A stretch of 64,000 bases of DNA, taken from positions 210,563-274,562 of the forward strand of contig MU057597.1 of assembly GCA_013265495.1 (NCBI GenBank), written 5' to 3'. The notes beneath the pieces are model-generated. The model was not told the origin of the DNA. It saw only the letters and a list, made by a program, of their open reading frames with translations, and did no database searches. This DNA comes from Vicugna vicugna (lineage: Eukaryota). The number at the start of each line of letters is the position of its first letter. Position 1 is the stretch's first letter. Below, piece after piece: positions 27,576-41,197 of this stretch. The position numbers and the translations under genes are program-made.

Positions 27576-30500
27576 GTGAGCCCCCCCCCTTGTGTCTTCC
27601 TTCCATTCGTACAACAGAACTATTATCTGAATTCAAAATGCAGATAATAACCAGTGTTTCTTTGATTGCACAACTTGCATACAGTAGGAGGCACCATTTT
27701 CACGTGTACAGTAGAGTGATTTAGTATGTTTGCAAGTTGTCCAACCACAATATTATCATCATACATCACTACCTCTTAAAGAAAATGTTTAGCAGCAAGG
27801 CATTCATTCATTGAATGAATTGATACAATCACACAATAAATTACTATAGAGCCATTATGTTATTTATATGTATTTAATAAAAAGGGAAGCTTGATTTTCA
27901 AACACCTGACTACAACCAACTCCCACAAAAGATTTTGTGGTTCCAGTGCTTTGACTGAAGTGAAGCTCCAAGGGAAATCTTTCTTCACATTTATAATGCA
28001 ACTTCTTTCTACAAGTCATTTCCTTATGAGCATTATCACGTCTCAAGAGACCCAAAATAACTCATTGATTTATATACTTCCCTGTTGTAAAATACAGTAA
28101 AGACACAAGGAAAAGAAAAAAATGCTTCAAAAAATTTTATAAACATTTTATTGAAATAAAAAAGTAACCATGTAACATACCGTCTGATCCCCTAATTTAA
28201 AATTCAAATTTTAACACACTTTTGACAATTGCTTCTTTAGTATATTGCTTAGTTATACTATCTAGAAAAAAATTCCCAGACACTAATTCTTAGCAACCTA
28301 GTGTAAAAGTCTTAGGTCATATATTTAAGGAAGATTTTTTTCAAACATTTCAAACATTGTTTCCCTACTGACAAGTATTAAACGTCACCACAATCTCTTC
28401 CTACTTGGCTTGTGTGATGAAGGTAACAAAACAGCCTGAGGGCTTCCTCTTTTGAGCAACTTTAACCACCTGGAAGTTCAAACCCTAAGTGGGTATGCTC
28501 CCCTAAGCCCCCACCTAGCAATCACATTTACACACCAAGCCCGTCACCATTCCTTGTTTCTTCATATCATTTTTTGAACTTGAAAGTCTCGCCTGTGCCC
28601 CTAGAAATCTGAACTATAGAACATTCTCATACTTGAACATTAATACCACTATAAATGACCAAACCAACTTTTGGCTGGAGGCCCGTCATAATCCAGTGAA
28701 TGGCCACAAAAGCAAATTAGCAACAAAAACTATTTTTGCATAATATATGAAATTCCCAGTGTATCTATCAAACAAAAACTTCCTACTGTGTATGGTTCAT
28801 TTTTAAGAGAAAACTCAGGAATATTGTTCCTCTCTAAGTACTGTACTGAGTTGGCCAAGGAGAAAAGTGAAATTATAGAATTTTTAAATTTTCTACTATT
28901 TTTCATATGTTTCCTATATTCCTATTTTCCCTGCAAATAAATGAAGGTGCATGTCATTAGATGGGTTTGGCTGGGAAAAAAACCTCAGGAAGAAATACAT
29001 TCATGTGCTGAATATTCAGGACTAAGGAGCAGCTTTTAGGGAGTGTTTCAAAAAAAAAAAAAATAGTCCCAAGGTGGAGTCGCTTACCCATGAGACAGCA
29101 AAACAAGACTTAATTGTAGTTTCACCCCTTGAAGAAACGCGACAGTAAACCAATCACTGTCAAGTGTCCTGAACGCCAGAGGTAACCTACAAGGTAAGAC
29201 TTCTGTCCTTCCCTTAAACAAAGTAGCCTTGCCTGAGAGAACCTTTCTCTTTACCAATAACTTTCTATCCCACCCAGTTTATGCCTGAAAAGGCTTCCCA
29301 TAGCGTACAGCTCCTTGGAACACCTCTTTATGTAGAAGATGGGGTGCAGCTAAATTCACAAATCATGCAATAAAACCAACTAGATCTTTAAATGTACTCT
29401 CTTCAATTTTTGCACATCATTCGGAGTCTGAAATAAACTGCTCTGCCACTCAGGCTCTTCTGATTAACTTTTCCTCTCATGGTAATTGCTCTCCCCTCAA
29501 ATTCCAAAAGTAAGAGGAACTTTCCACTAAACATACATATCTACACCACCTACTCCCACGCGATGGAGAACGTGACCAGCTTTCCCCGAGCCTTGTTCCC
29601 ACCACATAACCGGCCACGCTCCTCCTGTGAAATTCGAGCCAGTCCCTGGACGCCCTACTGCTCTGCTCATGGGTGGGGGGTGGGGGGGAGCTTTCTGCGC
29701 TGTAGCCCCCTGTGGTCTGTCTACAGAAGGGCACCCTGAACACGCGTCTGCTGAGTCAAGTCAGTTTTACATTAGTCTCCGACCCTCCCTGATGCTAATC
29801 CACACAATATTGAATCTGATAATTCAGAGTGCTGTTTTTCCTGGGAACTTGGACGTGAGTTGCCGTGCCTGATGAAGTTTGCCCCTTCATCTTACTGATT
29901 CCTTCCCAGGGAGAAAAATCAAAGGCCTATAATGTAGGAATCAAGAGACTTTAAACTTCAGGTTGAGAGGCATGAAAAGTAATGCACTTCTTTCTAGGAA
30001 ACTGAAATACTGTTTAGACATGGAAGATAATGGGTCATTTCCACATGTCCTTCTGCCTCTTATACACACATCATGTCATCAGTTTTACCCTGTTGTGACT
30101 TGTTATGATTCTGCAGTTTGCTGCATTTCAGAGAACTAAACACTTATTTATTCCTAGTTTGCATTCTCTGACGGGTGCTGTGTTTTAATTATTGCTCAAA
30201 AAATTCACAAGATTCATGACATTTGTAAGGATGGATTCCCCGAACAGGAGTTCTTCGGTGAAACCTAAGGGCAGTTTCTTAAAAGTGTTTCCATGCTCAG
30301 TGTACCTGTGTACTTTCTGACCTGTAAGGATTTTCTCATTATACCAAAGCGGTTGGGACATGATGAAAAACGTTACAACATTCGTTGTGTTTGAAAGCTT
30401 GTTCTTCAACTGAAATTCTTTGTGTTCCGCATAGTTGATCTTCAGATACAAGCCTTAGCACACATACTGCTTAGTGAGGTCTCCCTCCAAACTGTATATT

Positions 30501-31608
30501 CTTAAGTCTAGTGGACTGTGAGACTGCATACATTTTCTACCATACGTTACCATGGCTGTTCTTCAACATGGACTTCCTCCTGTTGCCTAGGAAACGGAAC
30601 TCAAACTAAAGGCTTAGCCACACCATTACATTTGTAAGGTATCATGCCAGTAAGTCGACCAACTTGTAATCTTTGATTGAATTTCTTACCACACTCTTGT
30701 GTGGTCTCTTCAGGATAAATATTCTAATCTCTAGTGATGAGTGAGGAGTATTATGAAACTGCTATTTCCATTGCATTTTTAAGTAAGATGTATTTGGTGA
30801 AGCCCCTGCTCTAAGGCATGACCCCAAAGCTTTGCTACACTCAGAACATCTCTAACGTTCTGTCCAGTATGGACTACCTGGTGACTGCTGAGAGGTGAAA
30901 CCCAAGTAAGGACTTTTCCCATTCAGGGCCTCTGTGATCTCCAGAATGCCTTCTCTGCTGAATGAATCTCCTGTCTACAGGTCTGGTCACACTAAACCCA
31001 TGTATCTGATTGCCCTCCAGGACGGCTGTTCCAATGAAGCTTAAGATGTGCACACCTGCTAAAGCCCTTACTTAATGTTCCTCACCAATAGGGATTCTCT
31101 GGCTCTAAGTTAGGCTTCAAACTACAATGAAGGACTTGCTGCACACATTATATTAGCAACCGTCCTCTCTAGTAGGAATTCATGGAGGATCTTTTTTAAT
31201 TGAAGCATAGTTTATTTACAATACTGCTGGTTGACTCTGAGGTATGAATTTTGACTGATGACACTGAGACATTCATTACATCTCTCTGATTTCTGTCTAG
31301 TATGGTTATCTGACAGTAAGTGAGGCTTTTCCACATTCATAGCACATCCATCGTTTCTCCCCACAATGAATCGCCTGTGAATTTAAAGTGTCAATTTTGA
31401 ATGATGACCTTCCCACATATACCATATTGATATGGTTTCTGCTGTGTATCTACTCCCTGAGGCGTAGTGAGGGTTGAGATGTGAGGTAAGGCTTTTCAAC
31501 ACTCTTTAATTTGAAGGGTTTCTCCTCACTATGAATTCTCCAATGCTTTGTAAGTTGTGAATTTTGACCAAAACCTTTCCCACATGTGTCACATTTACAT
31601 GGTTTTTC

Positions 31609-32522
31609 TCATGACTGGATTACTTGATGTTCTGTTAGACGTAAGGCCTGATGTAAGGTTTTGAAACCCTTATTATGTTTATATGATCTCTGTTGAGAAT
31701 GAATTCTCTGATGATTTTTAGGGTTTGTTTTTGTACTAAAACCCTTGCTGCACTCATTACATTTGTAAGGTTTCTCTCCAGTATGAATTCTCATATGGTT
31801 TGCAAGCTCTCCTTTGTGACGAAAGGTGCTGCGACACTCATTACATTTATAAGGTCTCTCTTCAGTATGAATTCCGTGATGACTTCTGAGGGTTGATTTA
31901 CACCTGAAGACCTTGCCACACTCACAACATTGATAAGGCTTCTCTCCAGTATGAATTCTCTGATGACTTTCAAGGCCTTCTTTATAACGAAAGACCTTGC
32001 CACACTCAGCACGTTTGAAAGGTCTCTCTCCAGTATGAGTTCTCTGATGAACTGCAAGATTTCCTTTACAGCCAAAGACTTTGCCACACTCATTACATTT
32101 AAAATGCTTCTCTCCAGTATGAATTCTCTGATGAAGTGCAAGCGATGCATTTTGAGTAAAGCCTTTTCCACAGACGTCACATTTATATGGTCTTTCTCCT
32201 GAATGGATGACTTGATGTTGTCTGAGATGTGATCTCTCACAAAAGCCCTTGCCACACCCACTGCATTTGTAAGGTCTCTCTCCAGAATGAATCCTGTCAT
32301 GCTTGGCCAGATTTCCGACGTGAGTAAAGCCCTTGCCACACTCATTACACCTGTAAGGTTTCTCTCCAGTATGAATTCTCTTGTGACTCCCAAGTGCTTG
32401 TTTATGATTGAAGACCCTGCCACACAAATTACACTTGTAAGACCTGTCACAACTAGGAGTTCTCTGATGTCTTGCAAGTTTTGAATGAAAACAAAAAACT
32501 TCCCCACATACATCAGATTTAT
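31609..32522 (-). pseudogene. Gene B finger array (9 fingers, one with Cys->Arg), out of frame with KRAB
   Basis: 272-aa open frame with C2H2 repeats and no ATG at its start. The deletion at about 32527 disconnects it from the upstream frame. Confidence 0.9.
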
Positions 32523-32962
32523 CTAAATCCCATCTATTTCAGAAATGTTGGTTTGGACACTACTAGAAGTTCCTGGAAGTGGTGAAAATGAGGCACTACT
32601 GTTGCCTGTCTTGTCAGCTTCATTAAAAAAATCAATTTTCTCTTCACTTTTAAAACTATGCTGTTCATTCTGAATGCTTAATGCAAGTCTGTTTCCCCTG
32701 GGCTCTGTTCCTGCACCACTTGTGCCACATTGGTCTCTCTCATCACACACATTTCCACTACCGTTTACAGAAGTTCCTTTGTGATTTCTTTCCTCATTTC
32801 TCTGCTGAGAGTCACTGTCATATGCATTTTCCTGGATGCTCCTGGGGTCAAAATGTTTTCTTTCAGTCCTTTCATGACTTTTTGTCATCGGTGTTTGGAA
32901 TAATTCTCTATTGATGTTTCCCTTTAATTGTAATTTTGTGATCACGTGTATATGAGACATAT
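32523..32962 (-). CDS. Gene B last exon: linker ending at a premature stop (EIDGI*)
   Basis: Acceptor ctttttag|AT at 32962. Homologous to the gene A linker, with a stop right after the deletion junction. Confidence 0.7.
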
Positions 32963-33673
32963 CTAAAAAGAATGATAAGTATCCCATTCATTACAACTCA
33001 TTAAAAAATGTTTCATGTTAAATACATGATAGTACACTACAACTAGTACTTATACCAAACAGAATTATGAACCTCCCTAGGATGATCTTACAAATTTTAG
33101 GAACACACAGAAAAATAGGATTCTTTCCCAAAAATGAAGTGATCCAAGTAATTTTAATACTTTTAGGACAGCCTAGTTTCAAACAACCTATGACAAAAGG
33201 ACACAAATGAAACAAAATTCTGTAACCTATCAAAGAAAGCATTTTTCGATCGTAACTCCAAAGCACATACCAATTAACAGTAGATACTGCTGTTTCATAA
33301 TTGAGGATGAAACAATTATGCTACACAGATTTTGCATACTTACTGGAAAGGAAGAAATGCTAAAGAACTGAAAGTAGCTGTGAAAGCACATAACTGAAAT
33401 CTAGCGTATGTAAGTAGTAACTGAAATTTGTGGCAGTTTAGAATAGGGAAACAAATTCAGCAAAGGGAAAGTTATGAATCTGACAAACAAATTAAAAAAA
33501 AATTTCTAAATAATTCCTAAGAAAAAAAATGTACCCAAAACTTGAGGAGATGAAATATATTCTTCAAGACTTTTCAATAAAAATAACTAAACTTCTGTTA
33601 GCCCACAAAATCTCCACAGTGAGAAGAGGATCCCAAACACTATTAATGTTGTGGGGCTCTGCTGAGAGCTGAC

Positions 33674-33819
33674 CTGTGTTCACACTTTTCATACATTCTG
33701 ACCCATTGGGGTGTTTTCGCTTTTGTTTTTTGCTATTTTCATGTCTCATCCCATAGTTTAGGGCTCTTTTCTATTCTCCCCCAAAATAGAGATAACATTC
33801 AGATCAGAAACAGAAACTC
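33674..33819 (-). pseudogene. Fossil KRAB-B-type exon in gene B
   Basis: VSVSDLNVISIL..KEP*..PNGSECMKSVNT|gtcagc, with a caa acceptor. Confidence 0.7.
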
Positions 33820-34142
33820 TTGCCTATCAGAAGAAAGAACTGCAAAATGCTGTGTCTTTTCCAGAATCACAACCCTCTTGTTTAGCTGAGGAGTGAGGAC
33901 TCTGCAGCTGAGTCTGGGAAAATGTTTGATAATTTCCTCACCACACTCCTCCTGAGTGTATAGAACAGTGTGATATGAAGGTATCTAGCTCTCTCCCCCA
34001 AAATAAGAGTCAAAAGCCAAAAGGCAGAAGACAGGAAGCTGCGAATTCTTTAAGAGTTTGCCACTGAGCTTTATTTATAATTCAGCCCTTTAACAACCCC
34101 TGATATAACATGAAAAGGGCTGATCATCTGAAGAAAGGGTCA

Positions 34143-34427
<285 letters not shown>

Positions 34428-37400
34428 TCACCAAGGGGTCAAGAGGAGAGTTCTTATCTCCATACAAAGTGAAAAGAGGAGAGAAGGGTAAGGATTGTTT
34501 CAGGTGAAGTAAGTATTCTTACAGATGGAAGTTAAGTATTTGGAGCAAGTTGTGTCTCCCTTTTTATTTTTTAATTTTTTCTTTCCTGCTTTAAATTGTT
34601 ACACGTCTTCCTAAAAGAATATGATATCTTCCAATTAATGGAGAGTTTCTGTCTGTCTGGAGAATCCATGACACATATGTAAATAAAACTCAGTAAATTG
34701 CCTATGCTAATGCAGTAGATATTCTGTGCTACACACAGAGTGACAGTCAATATCTAGATGAGCTACAGCATGAGTGGTGTCTTCAGAGATGACAAAGTCC
34801 ACATCGGCTTTACAGAAATGTCAAAATCTCAATTACAATGATGATAACAACAACAATGATTAAAAGTGTTGGAATACTTCCTTTAGGCTAAACTCAAGAA
34901 AAGTAATTTAGAGGCATGAATTTTGTTATCAACATAATATCTCATTAGGAGAGATCTGTTCCCTTCTTACAAAGGAAAAAACTGTGTCACAGACACACTG
35001 AGAAACTCAAATCAACTCGAGAAGCTAAGAAATGTCACAGCAAGGACCTGAACTCAGAGGTTTGGGCTTGAAATTCAACCTTAGGATTCAAAACAGTGAA
35101 GGTACAGAGAAATTCTGGAGAGGCTTTGGAGAAATGGAAACCCTACACTGTTGGTAGGAATGTAATTTGGTCCAGCCACCATAAAACACACTACAGAGAT
35201 TCCTTAAAAACTTGAAAATAGAGGTACACTTTGATCCAGCAATCCCACTCCTGGGCACTGATCAGAAGAAAACTCAAATGCAAACTAGACATGCATCCCA
35301 AGGTGCACAGCAGCAGCATTTACAGTAGCTGAGACATGGAAGCAACCTGAATGTCCTTTGACAAAGACTAAATAAAGGCGGCGTGGAATATCCAGAGTGA
35401 AACACTACTCAGCCTTAAAAAAAGAATTAAATGCCAGTGGCAGCAACATGGATGGGCCTAGGGATTATCATACTAAGCGAAGTAAGTCAAAGACAGATAC
35501 ATATGCTACCACTCATATGTGCAATCTAAAAAAATGATACAAATGAATATATTTATAAAACAGACTCAAAGACATAAAAAACATATTCATGGCGACCAAA
35601 GAGGAAAGTGGGGGAGGGATACATCAGGAGTATATGCTATACTGCATATAGCACAGGGACTATATTCAATACCTCAAAATAATCTTTAATGAAAAAGAAT
35701 ACTATATATGTATGCATAAGTGTATCACTCTGCTGCACACCATAAACTAACAGAAGACTGTAAATCAACTGTAACTCAATTTTAAAAAAGGAAACACTAG
35801 ATGCATTCCTTCTGAAATTACACTCAAGTGAAGTGGCTTGGCCGGGGCTCCAGCCTCTCACCACTGTACAATGTGCCTCAGCAGGGACCAACAGAGGAAG
35901 CAACGAGAGGAAAAACAGACAGGGAGTGACACAGAGACACAGACACAGAGGGAGAGTGTCAGAGAGTGGGAACTGTTAACTCTCACAAATCTAAGGAGAG
36001 GGAAAAGCTAAAGCTGAAAGGGTGGGAGAAGCCATCCCACCTACAGAGAGCAGGCGACTACACTGTGGGGCCAAATGACATCCTTCAAAGTCCAACAGCC
36101 CCCGTTCCTGGGCTCTCAGAAGGCTGCCTGCCATCACCCCAAAGATAAAGTATGTTCTGTCCTGGGTGTGTTCGCCCCAACAAACTAACAGCCCCAGGTA
36201 ACACCCAATCTCACACTAGCTCAGGCTGGCTTCTTTCAGGCTGGTCTCCACCTTATCCATCATAAATTCCACAGCCCTTCACAACCCTGAGATTCTTACC
36301 TCACCTACAGCCAATCAAAAAACTTGGGCACAGCCCCCAACCCATTGAGATCACCAGCTCCTCCGCCCCACCCCGAAAAAGACCCTGGACTTTCATCACA
36401 ACATTCACACAGGCACACCTCGTGTGTGCGCTCCACTGCTGTCTATGGCAGTGTAACCTGATACTTTCCTTTTCTATTTCCAGTCTTTGTCTCTGGTAAA
36501 TTCTTCTAGCACCCATGTACCTGTCTGTTGTGTTCCCCAACATACATTGTATCAGAGAAAATGACAAAATAAAGACAAAAACTAACACAAGAAACAAAAG
36601 GTATTACATAATGTTAATGGTCCATTCACTAATAAGATAAAAGAATTATATGTTTATACCTAACCTTACAGCTTCCCCCAAAATGAAGCAAACATGAACA
36701 GAAATGAAGAAAGAAACAGAATCAGCTCAGAAATAGTTGAGGACTTCAGTGATCCAGTTTCACTTCTGGATGGAACCAGACTGAAGATGAAAAGGAAACA
36801 CAGGACCTGAACAACACTACAGACTGACTGGACATAACACACACGTACAGATCACTCCACCAACAGCAGCAGAGAACACGCACTTCTCAAGTAAACGTGA
36901 AATATTCTCCATGACAGAGCACATGTTAGGCCACAAAAGAAGTCCTAACAATTTTAAGACACAGTGGTCATAGAAGGTTAACTTCTTGTAACCACAATGA
37001 AATAAAACTAAAACAGGAGAAAGAAAAAGGAAAAATTCTGCAAAATATGAAAACTAAGCAACCAATTCTTAAACAATCTATGGGATAAAGAAGAAATCAC
37101 ACGAATATTCTTAAACATTTGGATGAAAATGAAAAGACAACATGCCGTAATTTATAACACGCAGTGAAGTCTGTGGTGAAAGGGAAGTTGACACAGCAAA
37201 ATAGTTACAACAAAATGCAAAGGATTTCAAATCAGAAAACCATTTTTACATCTCAAGAAAGTAGAAAGAGAATATCAAACTAGATCCAACTTTAGCAAAA
37301 AGAAAGAGTGAAATAAGATTTGACCAGAGAGAAGGAAAAGGATATTAGAAACATTTAAATATCAACAAAGCAAGAGTTGGTGTTTTGAAAAAACTTAAAT

Positions 37401-37641
37401 GGAAAAACCCTTAAGTAGATCAGGAAAAAAAGAGAAAAAGAACAAAAACCAGATATGAAACAAGAGACACTGCAACTGATATGGGGGGAGGGTATAGCTC
37501 AAGTGGTACAGCACATGCTCAGCCCCCAAGAGGTCCTGGGTTCAGTCCCCAGTACCTCCTCCTCCAACCGGATATCAATGAAGAAACCTAATTACCTCCC
37601 CCTCATAAAGACAAACAACACAAGCAATTGATATGGAAGTC

Positions 37642-38199
37642 TGCCGGAGCCTGCCGGCAAAATGAACAGGGCCGAAGACACGGTCACTAAGTCTAAGAAA
37701 AGAAAGCACACAGACACAGAATGGGATCGAGAGGGACAGTCCTATGGCCTGCCGAAGCAGAAGCCAGACACCGCCAACGCAGTTTATTCTGCAACTCTTT
37801 TTATAGCATGGAAGAAGGAAGATACATTGAATACCAGAAAGCTTACATAGATTCTTTTATGACTACACTCATGTTTATCTCAAGGAATGACATTTACAAT
37901 CATCAATCTAAGAAGTCCTGTTTTTAACTTTATCTTATTTTCCTTGGGCAAAGAACAAAGCACAGAAACTCCTTCAGGGGAAACATCTGTTAATCATTCA
38001 CCTTAAGAACATTGGGGTGGCGGGATAGGGAATTCTTGGAGAACAAGTTTCCCAGAGCTGTGTCCTGTAAATAGGGTTATCAACTCCTGAATACCAGACC
38101 TTCATTCCATGAGGCAGCTCCCCGCAGGGGCTGTGTCCTGTACACAGGGCTGTTAACTCCTGGATACCAGACACTCACTTCATGAGGCAGCTCCCGGCA
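37642..38199 (-). mobile_element. Young class II (betaretrovirus/ERV-K-like) solo LTR
   Basis: TGCCGG...CCGGCA termini and a perfect 6-bp TSD GAAGTC. TATAAAA and AATAAA lie close together on the minus strand, with a 73-bp direct repeat in U3. Absent from copy A. Confidence 0.85.
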
Positions 38200-41185
38200 G
38201 AAGTCAGTTTTTAAAGGACTATAAGGGAATGCTATAAACAATAATGCCTACAAACCACATAATCTAGAACGTTTTTAGAAACACACAACCTACTAAACCT
38301 CAATCATTAAAAAATAAAAAAAAAATTTGAACTGAATTATGACTAGAGACTCAAGTAGCAATAAAAGATCTCAAAGAAAACCCAGGATCAAATAATTACA
38401 CTGCAGAATTCTACCGTTCAAAAAAGAATAATTTAAAAAAAAATAATAATCTTCAATAGTGCTAAAAATTCTGCAGGCAAGATCCTGAAACGAAACCCAC
38501 AGAAAGACCCAACAAGAAAGGGGAACTAAAAACCAAAACTCTCTTGAATACTGATGCAAAATCCTTGACAAAGTACTAGCAAACCAACTTCAACAGCACA
38601 TTCAAAATATCTGACTTCATAAGCAAAAGGATTCTATTCCTATAAGGCAAGAGGCACTCAATATACAAAAATCAATTCATTTGATAGATCACATCAACAG
38701 ATGAAAGAAAAAAAACACATAGATCATCTCAACTGATCCATAAAAAAGCATTCTGCAAAATTCAACAACCTTTCAAGACACAAACACTCAACAAAATAGA
38801 AACAGTAAATGTTCTCAACAGAATGAATATCATTTACGGGGTGGGCGTCAGTGGTAGAGTGCATGCCTAGCATACATGGGGTCCAGGGTTCAAACCCCAG
38901 TACTCAAGTAAGTAACTAATCAATAAACTGAATACCTTCCCCCATGAGCGAAGAAAACAAGTGAATATGACTTACGAAACACGTACAGATAACATGATAC
39001 TAAGAAGCGAAAGAATGAAAGTTTTTTCCTCTCAGATCAGGAAGAAGGCAAGGATGTACTCTCTGCACTACTGTTTTAAAAAGTACTGAAAGTCCTGCCA
39101 GTGGAATTAGACAAGAAAAAGAAATGAAAGTCTCACAAAGTGAAAAACAAGTAAAATTAACTTGTTTCTTATATGATAAGGTTACATATATGTATAACCT
39201 GTAAAGATTCCACAAGAACACTGGTACATCAAATAAAAATTTTATTGAAGTTGCACAATAGAAAACAAACATGCAAAAATCAGCTCCATTTCCATATACA
39301 ATGAACAAAGTCCATACAAAAAATAGAAGAAAACTATTTGGTAAGTATTTAAGAAGTGATGAAATATTTAGGGAATACATTTGCCAAGATGGACAAGGAC
39401 TTGTACACTGAAAACTACTAAACATTCCTAAAAGAAATCCAAAAATATACACATAAATGACAGACAACCTGTACTCATGCACTGCAAGTATTAATACTCT
39501 TGAAATGTCCAAACAACACAAACTCTTCTACAGATTCAATGGAGTCATCATCAAAATTCCAATGGCTTTCTCTGCAGAAATAGGAAAAACACACTAAAGG
39601 TTATAGGGAATCTCAAAGGGCCTGAAATATCGAAAACGTTGGAAGAAGAAACATGGAGGCAACCTTTTTTTAGATTTCAAAGCATCCTACAAAGTAATCA
39701 AGATGGTGCGTTACCGGCATAGACAGATACAGAGATCAGTGGAACAGAAGAGAATGCTCGGATACAATCCTTTGCATCTATTTAAAATGTACTGACAAGG
39801 ACGTTAAGATTGCAGAGTGGAAAAAAGAGTCTCACAACAAATGGTGCTGGGAAACTGGGTATTTACCTGTAAAACAATGAAGCTGAAACCTTATGGGCCA
39901 AAAAGCACAACCAACATAGTGAAAAGGAAAAAAACAGAAGAATGGAGGTGATGAAAGTGATATAAAGAATTTCCGACTCTCAAACATTTAGATTTATTTC
40001 ATAGTTTAAAATAGATGATGGAATAAAACAGCCTCTATCACTGATATCTCTTACTCATTATGATTTCAGTCACTGACTCACTCATTCAGCTTCGATTCTC
40101 TTAGAAAATGTCACAACAGATTTCCCCTTATTGCTCTATTTCCAGATTTTACCAGGTATTGGGCACGTTAATACCGACATCTACATGCAGCTTCTGTTAT
40201 TTTAAAGGAGGTACTGGGGATAAACCCAGGCCCTCGAGTAAATATATATTTTTTAATATTTTGCTTTATTTATATTTTGGTTTTGTTTTGGGGAGAGGTA
40301 ATTAGGTTTACTTATTTATTTTAAACATGTGCAGCTCCCTTATCTTGGTTTTTAGAGATTGGACAGTGCATCTAGATGGGCCGCTACACAACCCTGCTGC
40401 CCAACAGCACTGACACACCAGTTGTTTGAATCCACTAGTGTGAAGCCCTGCCCAGCACAATGCTCAGTGGAGACTCTTCGCACGTTCTAGGTCACTGGGT
40501 CACGGGGATGGAATCTAAGTGGAGATGACAAACACTGAGGAAAGGAGCTGGGTGACTGTGAATGTACAGGCGTGACACGGGATACTTAGAGTCAGACAAG
40601 ATTAGCAAGTCCAAAAGAGGGCATTTTGGAAGGACAGACAAAACAATCAACTGATGTGGTGTATATATACAATGGAGTACTACTCAGCCACAAAAAAGAA
40701 CAAAATCATGTCATCTGTAGCAACATGGATGAATGTGGAGTGCATCATTCTAAGTGAAGAAAGCAGGAAAAAGAAAAAAATACTATAGGCTATCACTTAT
40801 ATGTGGAATCTAGAAAAAAGAGTCTAAAAAAAAACCCACACAGAGAAACTTATTTACAAAAGAGCAACAGACTTATAGATGTAGAAAACAAACTTAGGGT
40901 TACCAGGGGGAATAGTAGGTGGGAAGGAATAAATTGGGAGTTTGAGATTTGCAGATACTAACTGCTATATAAAATAGATAAACAAGTTTATACTGTATAG
41001 CACAGGGAACTATATTCAATACCTTGTAGTAAGCTATAATGGAAAAGAACATGAAAAGGAAGAGAAGGAATTGTGTGTGTGTATGAAGGTAACATTACGC
41101 TGTACATCAGAAATTGACATAACATTTTAAACTCACTATACTGTGATAATAAAGAGAGAAAAATCAACTGAGAATATGACTTTAC

Positions 41186-41197
41186 CTGAGGAGTCAT
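41186..41197 (-). CDS. Gene B start exon (MTPQ; exon about 41186-41280)
   Basis: ATGACTCCTCAG|gtaaag; an in-frame 3-nt deletion relative to A. Confidence 0.75.

Noticed and set aside
39000..39521. 173-aa hydrophobic ORF
   Set aside because: It is the antisense reading of A-rich L1 sequence.
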